Notes under the pieces: generated by a model
The model's input: only the letters and a program-made list of their open reading frames with translations
What the model was told of the DNA's origin: nothing
Database searches by the model: none
In this document: positions 39,522 to 52,438 of the stretch, in pieces
Numbering within the stretch: position 1 is the first letter of the stretch
How the letters are laid out: each line of letters opens with the position of its first letter
Source: Eledone cirrhosa
Taxonomy: Eukaryota
Length of the DNA: 64,000 nucleotides
Direction of reading: 5' to 3'
Assembly (NCBI GenBank): GCA_964016885.1
Contig: OZ024742.1
Coordinates: 347,200,001 to 347,264,000 of the forward strand
Translations under genes and position numbers: made by a program

Positions 39522-39629
39522 AAGTACCCCCTTGACAAGTTCGGCTATTTATTCACCAGGCTAAAAATTCCAATTTAGTCCAGAAATAGTCGTCGAAACG
39601 GGTTGAGCTCTGCCGTCGGGGTCTTACTT
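39522..39629 (+). ncRNA. Type I hammerhead ribozyme, U3-A8 core variant
   Basis: CCCC-UUGACAA-g..CGGCUAUUU/AAAUAGUCG..c-GAAA-CGG/CCG-UC-GGGG. Confidence 0.7.
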
Positions 39630-39713
39630 TTTCCTATTTCCCACTCTACTACCCTAAGTATTGAATACTCTGGTGCGTTATGGTCCATCTGGTTCCTTAC
39701 CACAATTCCTTTG

Positions 39714-39768
<55 letters not shown>

Positions 39769-39770
<2 letters not shown>

Positions 39771-40954
39771 CAACACATATATACGCCGTCTTCAGAAATA
39801 ATGAAATATATTTATTGATAATAACAACAATTCAAAATTTCAGGTCCGTTTGGGAACAAAATTGACCAATGAAAATACAAAAGGTTTTATGCAGTTCGGT
39901 GTGTGTATATACATGTAACTACCCCGTACACATATTTATACAAAAATGTATGCTCAACATGCATACGCATGCCAAAAAGATGCATGCAAATACAAAATTT
40001 CAAGGTTAATGTCTCTGTAAGTTTATAATGCACAGATAAGATGCGTATAGACACATAAATATGAAATAAGTGTATACACATATTCTCATACTCACACATA
40101 TCCGTACAATCACACACACGCGCGCGTATATGCATAAACATACACATAATTACGAACATACATACACACACACACCCCCACACACATATATATATGTGGA
40201 TATAATATTATCATAAGCACATGGATATTAATTCACTCACATAAACACTGCCACACACATTTAGATCAAGATACAGAAATTAGGTGGGAGGGGGGGAGAG
40301 GTCAGTATTCAACTGTTTGGGCAGACTGCTTATTTATAGATGTATCTATAAACTAAGAAATATTTCTTAGTTTATAGATACATCTATAAATAAGCAGTCT
40401 GCCCAAACCGTTGAATACTGACCTCTCCCCCCCTCCCACCTAATTTCTGTATCTTGATCTAAATGTGTGTGGCAGTGTTTATGTGAGTGAATTAATATCC
40501 ATGTGCTTATGATAATATTATATCCACATATATATATGTGTGTGGGGGTGTGTGTGTGTATGTATGTTCGTAATTATGTGTATGTTTATGCATATACGCG
40601 CGCGTGTGTGTGATTGTACGGATATGTGTGAGTATGAGAATATGTGTATACACTTATTTCATATTTATGTGTCTATACGCATCTTATCTGTGCATTATAA
40701 ACTTACAGAGACATTAACCTTGAAATTTTGTATTTGCATGCATCTTTTTGGCATGCGTATGCATGTTGAGCATACATTTTTGTATAAATATGTGTACGGG
40801 GTAGTTACATGTATATACACACACCGAACTGCATAAAACCTTTTGTATTTTCATTGGTCAATTTTGTTCCCAAACGGACCTGAAATTTTGAATTGTTGTT
40901 ATTATCAATAAATATATTTCATTATTTCTGAAGACGGCGTATATATGTGTTGGT
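39769..40954. repeat. 1186-bp spacerless palindrome
   Basis: 593-bp arms, centre 40361/40362; one mismatch noticed (40314/40409); mirrored identical ORFs in the track. Confidence 0.95.
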
Positions 40955-41268
40955 ATGTATATTTAATCTTGATAGTTTGTATAATTTTGTATAATTTTGT
41001 ACATAGATCTGTTGAATATGCATGCCAATTCTAACACATATATATCCTAGAAACGATCGTTAAATAATGAACTTTTTTTGTTTAATATAAGGAACTGTTT
41101 CATTGTTTTATTCATTATTTGTTTAATATTTTATCTTGACTCTGTATACCGTTTATCTTTCACCGAAAGTGATTTTTCATTACATCTCTTCTTTCCATGA
41201 TATCCGGAATACATTGAGTTCTTCATACGGATTGGACACTACCGTAAACTCTTGGTAGATTTATCTAC

Positions 41269-41308
<40 letters not shown>

Positions 41309-41317
41309 ATATATATA

Positions 41318-41375
<58 letters not shown>

Positions 41376-41384
41376 TGCGTGTAT

Positions 41385-41416
<32 letters not shown>

Positions 41417-43617
41417 GTTACATCCGCTCTTCCCTGCTTGCAAGGGTGGGACGGGTCTTATTCAGCACACCATCTCTCCACTTGTCACGGTCCTTCGTCA
41501 TCTCCACCGTGAGCTTCAGCGATCTGAGGTCTGTTCTCACCACCTCCGCCCATGTTTTTCGTGGTCTACCTCTACTACGTCTTCCTTCAACTGGCATTTC
41601 CTGGCACTTCTTCACCCATCAGTCATCCTCCATGCGCATCACATGTCCATACCGCCTCAGTCTCCTCTCCCATACACTACATTCTATCTCTCTCAACACA
41701 TTCATGCTGGGTCGTTCACGCACATTACACTGCACATCCAACGCAGCATGCTTGCCTCATTTCTCTCTAGCCGTCGCATATCCTCTGCAGTTGCTGCCCA
41801 TGTCTCAATACCATGCAGCATTGCGCTCCTCACACAGGCATCATATAACCGGCCTTTCGTACGCAGGGAGAAACCCTTCTTCGTCAGCAGAGGAAGCAGC
41901 GCCTTAAACTTCTTCCAACCCGTCCTTATTCTAGATACTATGGCCTCGGAACACCCCCCTCCCATGCTAATCTGATCTCCTAGGTACCGGAAGCTATCCA
42001 CCACTTCTATAGCACCCACCTGCATTTGAAAAATGTGTCTATCAATACGACTTCTACTGTCTAATTTCCCTGTACATCTACTGCATACATATTTCTCCCT
42101 ACCTGTTAGTTTGCCTGCTATCCCGCTACATCTCTTGTGTACCCAGGATCTGCATTGTGTACATTTTATAGAATTTATGCCAGTTCCTTTCCTACATATC
42201 GAACATGGCCATTTCCCTGACGGAATCAGAGTTTTGTCCTCTTTTCTACTCATCAACACTTTTGTCTTAGCTAGGTTCACTCTCAGTCCTCTTGCTTCCA
42301 ACTGCTGTTTCCATAGCCAGAATTTATTCTCTAGCTCCTCTACTGATTCTGCTATAAGAACCAGATCATCAGTATAGAGAAGTTACCATGGACAGCCAGT
42401 CTTAAACTCCTCTGTTATGGCTTGGAGGACTATAATGAACAAGAGCGGGTTGAGGACCAAACCTTGATGTACTCCTACCTGTATCTGGAATTCCTCACTA
42501 AACTCTATTCCTACCCTGACTTTACTGACCGTACCTCTGTACAAAGTTTGCGCTGTCCTCACAAGCCATTCCTCAATACCTAGTTTCCTTAGGGACCACC
42601 AGATGACAGATCGGGGTACCCTATCAAAGGCCTTCTCTAGGTCAACAAAGGCTAAGTATAGTGGCTTATTGTTCTCTAAGAACCTCTCTTGCAATTGTCT
42701 CACCAAGAAGAGGGCATCTGTTGTACTTTTCCCAGGCACAAAACCAAACTGCATCTCATCTAGTTTCACCCTTTCTCTAATTAGTTGTGCTAATATCCTT
42801 TCTGCCACTTTCATAACCTGATCCATCAGTTTTATACCCCTATAGTTGCTCCTCTCCAGAGCATCCCCTTTACCTTTGTAGCAATTTATGAGAATACTGC
42901 TGCACCAGTCTTTGGGTATGACACCACCATATATAGCCTGATTGATGAGGCGTGCAACCAGTTTAGTGCCTACATCCCATGATGCCTTCAGCATCTCAGC
43001 AACTATTCCCGATGGTCCAGCAGCCTTACCATTTTTCATTTCCTTAATCGCCTCTTGGACCCTATATTCGTCAATCTCAATAGCTGGTCCCTCTGTCAGA
43101 TCTACTGAGGGTAATTTCTCTCTCTCCTATTCGTTCTGCACATTCATCAGTCTCTCATAATGACATTTCCAGGCCTCCTTTTTCTGATCATTTGTGACAC
43201 TAAGTACACCGGAATCATTCCGGACACATTTATCTCCAACAACATCCTGATTTGCATTGACACACTGCCTTGCAATGTGGAACACCGCACGCCTCTGATC
43301 TTCCTGTCACAGAACATTGGCAATCCTCCTACTCTCAGCCTCCCTGCGTGCTAAGTACACCTGACGTTTAGCTTCTCTCTTAGTGGCTGTATATTCTTCC
43401 CTACTCCCACCCTTTTTTCCAAGCCTTCCATGCTAGTCTTTTGTCTCTAATGGCCTTATCTACTGTGCTGTTCCACCACCAGGTCACTCTCTGTCTGGTT
43501 GGAGCTCTGCTCCAGTCACAAGTTTCATCAGTAGCCTGCAGTAAGTTGTCACGTAAGAAATTCCAGTTATTATCTATGTCATACGTCTCTAAATCGTCTT
43601 CTTTTTCGTCATACACA

Positions 43618-43618
<1 letters not shown>
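41385..43618 (-). mobile_element. RTE LINE (second subfamily), degenerate
   Basis: RT ORF pieces 42383-43039 and 41702-42301; (CAT)n tail. Confidence 0.93.
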
Positions 43619-43690
<72 letters not shown>

Positions 43691-44988
43691 ATATATATAT
43701 AATATTAAGGATACTATTTATGGTTATGTATATTTTAAACTTTTTATAGTTATGTATATTTTAAACCTTAAACAGTGAAGGTCAGTAATTTATTACTACC
43801 TTATTACCAGTAAGATAAATAGCTCAATGTAATAACATCAGTTGTTCTACAGAGCAGTTATATAGAATTCACAAGAATCAAAGCTATGTTCAAAGCATTT
43901 ATTCACTTACAATTGTTTCATCCAAACCTAGGCTTGGAGTCTTCGGAGCATTTTTCAATGTTTGTACACATAATTGACCTCCTTTCCAACGCAGGAGACA
44001 TACAGATACATATATATATTGATGTACAGTGGAGTGACATATATTATACTATACTATATTTGTACAGCAATTCAAATTCAAAATCAAAATTAAAATTAAA
44101 ATTAAAATACATTCGGCAGATAACACAGATAATGTAAGAGGATAGTTTGATAGTCAGATCTAGTAGGTAGTGTATGCGTTAGTTACACATGGAGCATGCA
44201 AGTGTGTCTCATTTATATACGATTATTGTGTGGCAAGGTGTTACATGTAATGCAAGCACTTTAAGCGGGTAAGCAAGAGTATTATGGTGGTTGTAGTGGT
44301 AAATATATACTAGCAGTGTATCCCAGCGTTGCATGGGTAAGAACATTGGTAATAGCACCTCCAATGAAAAACGTTTATTTGTGAGTGCCTGTTAAAAACT
44401 CACAAAAATATACTCACAGGAAACTTGTCTTATTTGGAGAAAATTAAGAAGTTGAAAGTACAGTTTAGCTGTCTACGTGCATTGTTCATAGAAATATTGT
44501 TGAGCCCCTTCTTTTCATAGTCCTCTGTTTTGGCCTTTTGGAGTAAATGTGAAAGAGAAAGTCACAGGTTAAGTTGGCAGAAGGTTCCAGTGTCATAGCA
44601 GTTGTAAGTGAGAAGAGAACTGCTAAACGGTCAGGCGAGGGGGTTTCTCACTTACAACTGCGATGATCGGACGTGTGTCTCTCTCCTTCCTCTTGACCAC
44701 TCAGTCTTGAACATAAGTTCTCTTATCGAGTGGTCTCGATTTCCTACCTATAGTTGCTCGCATATTGCTCGGTTTCTTGTTTTTTTCGCCGTTTTGTTAC
44801 TGTTTTCTCTTTTCTTCCCTTTTGCTCCGTCTTCCGTTTTCCCAATAAGTTACTCAGTTATTGAACGCCCTGGCGGTAGATATCTTGTCTTTAAAGCGTA
44901 GAAATATCCGAGACCCCCAGGAGACAACTGATGAAGAAACCGCCCCCCTCCCCTTCTTGCTTTCTTCGTATTCCCACTGCATTTTAAG

Positions 44989-45103
<115 letters not shown>

Positions 45104-45144
45104 ATATATATATGTACATATATATATATATGTATGTATATATA

Positions 45145-45187
<43 letters not shown>

Positions 45188-45190
45188 GTA

Positions 45191-45307
<117 letters not shown>

Positions 45308-45417
45308 CAGTATGGTGAACTAACTGTTGTGTAACCACTTCTACCTAACTCGTCTCATGGCTGAGTGCTCTACTACTACAGATATTACCTTCCAGTGTTC
45401 TACCACTATATATATAT

Positions 45418-45735
45418 ATCATCATCTCATCATCATCATTTTACGTCCGCTTTTCCCTGCTTGCAAGGGTGGGACGGGAACTGATTCTGGCTTGGTATCT
45501 ACAGCTGGATGCCCTTCCTAACACCAACCTCATTTACAGTGAGTGCTGGGTGTTTTTTTGCTGTGGCACCTACACGACCACTTTGCAGTGGAATGATATG
45601 GACCCCAGTCCCTATCATCTCATTTCTACAGCTGAGTAAACTGGAGCAATGTGAAATAAAGTGTCTTGATCAAGGAAACAACACATCACCCGGTCTGAGA
45701 ATTGAACTCACAACCTTTCGATTGCAAGGCCTCCA
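45418..45735 (-). mobile_element. tRNA/CORE-like SINE B with RTE-derived tail
   Basis: Paralog of 46622-46950. Confidence 0.8.
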
Positions 45736-45747
45736 TATATATATATA

Positions 45748-46153
45748 TGACCTTACCCAATTACACCTCTCAAAGGCAATGACACACGACCGTGACCTTT
45801 GGCGTCACGCAGTAATACAGAGTACCCGACCTCCCATGGGTACAAGCTGAAGCATATAGACAATATGCCCCCACACTCCCCACCGCAAGGTGGTCGTGGA
45901 GGTGCCACGGCAAAAAAGCACCCAGCCCACACTGTAAAGTGGACGTGTAGGCACCACGAAAAAGCACCCAGCACTCACTGTAAGTGAGGTTGGTGTTAGG
46001 AATGGCATCCAGCTGTAGAAATCAAGCCAAATCAGTTCCTGTATGAGCAAGGCATGGTCAGCCGACCAGACACTGCCCACAACAGGACAACCCGTCTAAC
46101 CCATGCTAGCGTGGAAGAACGGACGTAAAATGGTGATGATGATGATGATGATG
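45748..46153 (+). mobile_element. RTE LINE 3' end
   Basis: DLTQLHLSKAMTHDRDLWRH, 3' UTR and (TGA)n. Confidence 0.85.
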
Positions 46154-46197
46154 ATATATAATATATATATATATATAGATATATATATATATATACG

Positions 46198-46259
<62 letters not shown>

Positions 46260-46289
46260 TATATATAACACATATATATATATATATAT

Positions 46290-46602
46290 CATCATCATCA
46301 TCATCATTTTACATCCACTTTTCCCTGCTTGCAAGGGTGGGACGGGAACTGATTCTGGCTTGATTTCTACAGCTGGATGCCCTTCCTAACACCAACCTCA
46401 TTTACAGTGAGTGCTGGGTGCTTTTTTGCCATGGCACCTACACGACCACTTTGCAGTGGAATGATATGGACCCCAGTCCCTATCATCTCATTTCTACAGC
46501 TGAGTAAACTGGAGCAATGTGAAATAAAGTGTCTTGCTCAAGGAAATAACACATCACCCGGTCTGAAAATTGAACTCACAACCTTTCGATTGCAAGGCCT
46601 CC
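46290..46602 (-). mobile_element. SINE B copy, in inverted orientation to 46622-46950
   Basis: Sequence match. Confidence 0.8.
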
Positions 46603-46621
46603 ATATATATATATATATATA

Positions 46622-46950
46622 TGGCTTAGTGGTTAGAGCATTGGACTTGCAATCGAAAGGTTGTGAGTTCAATTCTCAGACCGGGTGATGTGTTGTTTCC
46701 TTGAGCAAGACACTTTATTTCACATTGCTCCAGTTTACTCAGCTGTAGAAATGAGATGATAGGGACTGGGGTCCATATCATTCCCCTGCAAAGTGGTCGT
46801 GGAGGTGCCACGGCAAAAAAGCACCCAGCACTCACTGTAAATGAGGGTGTTAGGAAGGGCATCCAGCTGTAGAAATAAGCCAGAATCAGTTCCCGTCCCA
46901 CCCTTGCAAGGAGGGAAAAAACGGACGTAAAATGAAATGAAATGAAATGA
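46622..46950 (+). mobile_element. SINE B: tRNA head, CORE-like domain, RTE tail
   Basis: A-box TGGCTTAGTGG, B-box-like GAGTTCAATTC, ccttgagcaagacacttt, tail taggaagggcatccagctgtagaaa. Confidence 0.85.
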
Positions 46951-47042
46951 ATACATACATATATAATGTATATATATATACATATATATATACATATATA
47001 TACATATATATATATATACATATATATGTATATATATATATG

Positions 47043-47092
<50 letters not shown>

Positions 47093-47221
47093 CATATATA
47101 TATATACATATATATATATATACATATATATTTGCTCTTCGGTTTTTATATATTTGATATATATTTTCCTTATTGAGCCCTCTCTGGATTTTAGTCTTCA
47201 ATTTTATTATTATTACTATAC

Positions 47222-47258
<37 letters not shown>

Positions 47259-47259
47259 C

Positions 47260-47304
<45 letters not shown>

Positions 47305-47559
47305 TATAAACGGAAAAAATGAAACAAAATTTCATTTCCCACTCTTAGTACGGCTGTTACTTAAATATAAGTATGTACACGTACATATATGTATACAGAC
47401 GTACAGTAGTATGTATATATATATACATACATGCACACATATATATATGTATCACCGAATATTTATTATAATGCTCGGTGTGTTTGTAAACAAACATCCC
47501 GTATTAAGCCGTAGTGTCTAGCAACCATCATTTCTCGTTTGTTCAACACTGACAAAGGA

Positions 47560-47602
47560 ACGCTGTACTAGTTTCAAGCTTATTAGCTATCATCAGCAAC
47601 AT
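47560..47602 (-). ncRNA. Minimal type I hammerhead ribozyme
   Basis: Reverse complement of 47728-47770 with one C-to-U change keeping a GU pair. Confidence 0.85.
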
Positions 47603-47727
47603 ATACCTTCCTGCCAGATTGTTGAATGTATATACTTACCTTATGCATATTAACGGCTGAGTAGCCCAATTTGCATATCGAGTGGGTTAATTGGCCGGGT
47701 GCACCGAAAACGATAAACGGAAGGTAT

Positions 47728-47770
47728 ACGTTGCTGATGATAGCTAATAAGCTTGAAACTAGTACAGCGT
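47728..47770 (+). ncRNA. Minimal type I hammerhead ribozyme
   Basis: ACGUUG-CUGAUGA-u-AGCU-aaua-AGCU-u-GAAA-CUAG-UA-CAGCGU; palindromic ACUAGU stem III. Confidence 0.9.
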
Positions 47771-48381
47771 TCCTTTGTCAGTGTTGAACAAACGAGCAAT
47801 GATGGTTGCTAGACACTACGGCTTAATACGGGATGTTTGTTTACAAACACTCCGAGCATTATAATAAATGTTCGGTGAATCCATACGTACATATATATAT
47901 GTGTGCATGTATGTATATATATATACATACTACTGTACGTCTGTATACATATATGTATGTACGTGTACATACTTATATTTATATATATATATATTTATAT
48001 TTATATAAAGATGCGCTCCATCTCTCTCTCTCTCTCTAACCTGTCCCAACATTATATGAACGAAGATATTTGTTTCTCCATTACGAGCCTCCTTTTCTCT
48101 GCAGTAATCTCATTAATTCGTCGAAACTAGAGGAGGGTGAGATCTGAAGAACATATTCTAATGTGACCTGTTCACTTTCATACATTCTCTTCCTTCCAGT
48201 CAACTCACATCTATCCGCTGATCTCTATCCTTCCAGGTAATATTTTACCCAACCCCACTTCCACGGTATTTTGCTATTCTAACAGCTTCCATACGCCGAG
48301 TTTTCCCAATTTTCTGAGAATCTTAATACATTCGCGTCTCAAAGGTCTATTTTCGATATATTTGTTATATATATATATATA

Positions 48382-48607
48382 TCATCATCATCATCGATTA
48401 ACGTCCATCTTCCACACTAAGCATGGGTTAGACGGTCCGGTCCTATTTTGAGGCCTGTTGTGTCGGATGACCGTGTCTCGCTCATATAGGGGTGTTTCTG
48501 GCTGGATGCCCTTCCTAACGCCAACCACATTTACAGTGTGGACTGAGTGGGGGGAGGCATACTGTATATATGCTTCAGCTTGTGCTCGTGGGAAGTCGGA
48601 TCTTCTG

Positions 48608-48610
<3 letters not shown>
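48382..48610 (-). mobile_element. RTE 3' tail fragment
   Basis: ctggatgcccttcctaacgccaacc and (CAT)n. Confidence 0.8.
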
Positions 48611-48646
<36 letters not shown>

Positions 48647-48648
<2 letters not shown>

Positions 48649-48922
48649 GCAGTCACAGCCCATGTCTCACTACCATGTAGCATCACATGTCCTCTGCAGT
48701 CACTGCCCATGATTCACTACCATGTAGCACCACATGTCCTCTGCAGTCACAGCCCATGTTTCACTACCATGTAGCACCACATGCCTTCTGCAGTCACTGG
48801 CCATGTCTCACTACCATGTAGTACCACATGTCTTCTGCAGTCACTGGCCATGTCTCACTACCATGTAGCATCACATGTCCTCTGCAGTCACAGCCCATGT
48901 TTCACTACCATGCAGCACCACA
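48647..48922. repeat. 47-bp minisatellite (about 6 units) derived from RTE coding sequence
   Basis: Units at 48691 and 48738 etc.; matches the antisense of the [13 protein letters not shown] codons and continues into RTE sequence to about 49032. Confidence 0.85.
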
Positions 48923-49186
48923 CTTCACTTCACACACAGACATCATATAGTCATCCTCCTTTTGTACCTAGAGAGAAACCTTTTGTTGTCAACAGTGAAA
49001 GTAGTTCTCTAAACTTATTCCAGCTTATCCTTAGAAGTTTAAAGAGCTACTTCCATATCTCCAAAGCCTGTAGCATGAGTGGAATTCTCACCGTTTGCAA
49101 AGCTACCGCAACACAAAATTTCAGCTATGAAATAGCTGCATATATATCAGTGATAATAATTCCTTGGGGCGGAAGAAAGTGATCAA

Positions 49187-49233
<47 letters not shown>

Positions 49234-49576
49234 GCAACCATACGTTCCCACACGTATCCACACCACACAAAAACACACACACACACACGTGCGTATCCTC
49301 ATATACACATACTCGGCCTCCGGACTCCGCACACCCCCTCTCCCCCACCCCTCTCTATCCACACACCACCTTCCGCCCTCCCCACTCGGACCCCGTCTCC
49401 TTCCCCCCTCCACCCACCCACAACCACCCACACAGGCCTCACACCCTTTCACCACTTGTTTCATTTTAATTTTTTTTACCCTCATTTTAATTTTCTGTCC
49501 CTTTAATCCCCCCCCCCCTTTTAATGTCTTTCCACCACCACCCCTCACACCCTCGGAACTCTTTTACTTCCCACTT

Positions 49577-49612
49577 TTCTCCTGATGAAGGGCTTATGCC
49601 CGAAACGTCGTC
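49577..49612 (+). ncRNA. Minimal hammerhead motif (weak stem I)
   Basis: CUGAUGA-a-GGGC-uuau-GCCC-GAA-ACGU-C. Confidence 0.65.
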
Positions 49613-49795
49613 CCCCACCCACCACCCTCAAGTGTGAACCTAATACCAACACTGTTTGTACTGCACTCTTCGTTATTCTTTTTGTTTTTTGTTTTAACTT
49701 GAGATGTCAACATGAATGGACTTGTGATTTTTATCTAAAGACATTTTTTCCAATTCCAACCCGCCCGTCCCCAATCTATCGTATTTCTCATTCTT

Positions 49796-49831
49796 TCTTC
49801 TGATGAAGGATTAGAGTCAGAAACGTTAAGA
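49796..49831 (+). ncRNA. Minimal hammerhead motif (weak stem II)
   Basis: UCUU-CUGAUGA-aggauuagaguca-GAA-ACGU-U-AAGA. Confidence 0.6.
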
Positions 49832-49915
49832 CCCTCTTCCTGCTATATCAAGCGTTAACCTAATATATACCTTCCATATACTGTACCGATTGTGTTGTTA
49901 TTTCTGTTTACCTTT

Positions 49916-49958
<43 letters not shown>

Positions 49959-49983
49959 TATATATATAATATATATATATATA

Positions 49984-50870
49984 CAGGGTGCGGACGATAT
50001 TTGTTCGCAAGATTACTGTCTAGGAAAAAATAACACAGTAGTTTTATTTTTTAAGATTTATTTATCAAACTTGGATCAGTTTGTCTTCATGACTTGTTCT
50101 TTCAATCTCACTCGATAAACCCGTCATTGGCTTTGATAACAGCCTCAAGGCGGCCTTGGAACCGGCTACAGGCCTTCGTCACTATCCCCCGACTTAGGCC
50201 CCTAAAGGCACTTGTGATCCTGGCCTTCAGATTGTCTTTCATATTGCAGCTAGATCTGTTGGTGTCTCGTTCCACTGTGCCCCACACAAAGAAGTCGAGG
50301 GGGTTGCAGTCAGGTGAGCTGGGAGGCCAGATGTCAGGTGAAGTGTGGTCGACGAAGTTCTCTGACAGCCAGGCTTGGGTCTTTCGGCTGGCATGGCAGG
50401 GCGCTGAGTCTTGCTGCCACACGTACGGCCTACCTGCAGCTACCTGGTCGATCCAGGGCTTTACTACCTCGTTCAGAACGTGGATGTAGCCATCGGTGTT
50501 CAGCTTGAGGCCCTTAGGGAAGAAGTGAGGTGGCATGACGTCACCTTGACTGCTGACGACACCTAAGACCAATGTTGTCGCTGGAAACTTTGTCTGCATA
50601 ACTCTGGGCACGTCTTTGGATGAGACAGCGAGCCGCCTGTTGTTCTGGGAGTCTGAAATTTCTTATTTGTCCTCCCGGCGTGGATTCCAAGAACAACTCC
50701 GTCTCTTCCACAAATTTGGAGGTTCAAAATTATTCATAATCAATTATTCTGAAAATAAATAATGGAAATATAGTCACTGTTTTTATGAAGACAAGAGTGA
50801 CAATGAAAGCAAAAAAAATTTGTATAAAATTAGCAGTTGAAAATTGCGAACAAATATCGTCCACACCCTG
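49984..50870 (-). mobile_element. Internally deleted Tc1/mariner element, maT (DD37D) family
   Basis: 27-bp TIRs CAGGGTG(C/T)GGACGATATTTGTTCGCAA, TA flanks; transposase C-terminus with 37 residues between QQD and NPLD. Confidence 0.92.
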
Positions 50871-50874
50871 TATA

Positions 50875-50958
<84 letters not shown>

Positions 50959-50960
<2 letters not shown>

Positions 50961-51151
50961 AAGGGGATGCTGAAAAGTTCCTGGCTTTAAGGGTCTCATG
51001 AAAGTGTAGAGCTGTTATCTTTACAGTAGAGGTGGGGCCGCTGCAATAAGTGTGTGGATCTGAGAGGGAAATATGTTGAATAAAATCATAATTAACTGAT
51101 CGTCCTGTATTTTCTTTTACCTAAAGCCAGGAACCTTTCAGCCCCACCTCG
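50959..51151. mobile_element. Mariner-like MITE
   Basis: Imperfect TIRs gctgaaaagttcctggcttta / taaagccaggaacctttcagc. Confidence 0.7.
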
Positions 51152-51835
51152 CATACACTCCCATTGACAATATACACAAAACATGCATAGACCAAACTAC
51201 TTATACACCCACACACATGTACACACATACACACTTAGACATACACACTCATTCAGACAGTTACACAAGCTAATAAGAACATACACATAAAAACACATAC
51301 ACATCCACACATATAAAACACACACTCCTATTGGTGATACACAGAAACACATGCATAGACCGAACCACAGACACATACATATATACAGCTATACACAGAA
51401 ACAAAGAATATAAACAACACACACACACACATTAGTACCACTGATAGACCCAGTCAGTCTGTCACTAGTTCTACACCCCACTCACATACCCAACTACTTA
51501 CACCCCTACTTACCTGTTCATATCACCCCCTCCTGTTAAGCCTCTCCCCTCCCTCACCTCCACAAAATTCCAACCTTCTCTTTCCCATCACCTCACTCTT
51601 TCCTGATGTAGGACCAATGTCCAATACATTGAAGCATTCTTTCCCCCCCCTCCACCCCCACCCCATAACTGCCAAACTAATGAAACTAATGAGACCTGTC
51701 CAACCCATACAAGCATGGAAAAACAGATGTAAAAACGATGATGATGATGATGATGATGATGGCGGTGATGATGGTGATGATGATGATGATGCTGTTGGTG
51801 GTTGTGGTAGTGGTGGTGGTGAGAGGAAAGTAAAA

Positions 51836-51945
51836 ACCTGACCACGACACCTAGTAGTTTCGGCTACTATTGGCAAGCCTTTTCAAGGGTGTGCTCCTTG
51901 AAAAGGCTTGCCAGTAGCCAAAACTGGTAGGTGTCGTGGTCAGGT
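51836..51945. ncRNA. Palindrome of two decayed U3-A8 hammerhead motifs
   Basis: Both strands read CC-UUGAAAA-GGCU..AGCC-(G/A)AAA-CUNN-UA-GGUGU. Confidence 0.55.
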
Positions 51946-52048
51946 GTTTACCTTCCTCTATATCCTTTCTGTTTCTTCCCATGTATAAAGTACTCCCCTG
52001 ATTTGTGGTCTTCCTAGTCTTAGCACCACACACTTTATATATATATAT

Positions 52049-52152
<104 letters not shown>

Positions 52153-52369
52153 CGCGTGTGTGTGTGCGCGCGCGTGTGTGTGTGCCATACAAGAGTGAGA
52201 AAATAGATGTTAAATGATGATGATGATGACAGCGATATTACATACATTTCTCTGTCTGTGAGTGTGTATATTTGTGCGTGCATATATGTATGTGTGTATA
52301 TGTGTGTATAATGTTATGTGAAAATGTGTGTATTTTGAAATTAATAACAGGGTGAAGAGGAGAGAGAGA

Positions 52370-52438
<69 letters not shown>

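Larger units (their letters stand above)
38045..39715 (+). mobile_element. 3' part of a Penelope-like element (Naiad-type GIY-YIG) with 3' HHR
   Basis: Endonuclease ORF followed by pyrimidine-rich UTR and HHR; flanked by (TA)n. Confidence 0.85.
47362..47981. mobile_element. Inverted pair of HHR-bearing repeats (arms 47362-47611 and 47719-47981)
   Basis: About 250-bp inverted arms with a spacer of about 107 bp. Confidence 0.85.

Noticed and set aside
39887-40836. Two identical 98-aa ORFs on opposite strands
   Set aside because: Consequence of the palindrome; low-complexity translation
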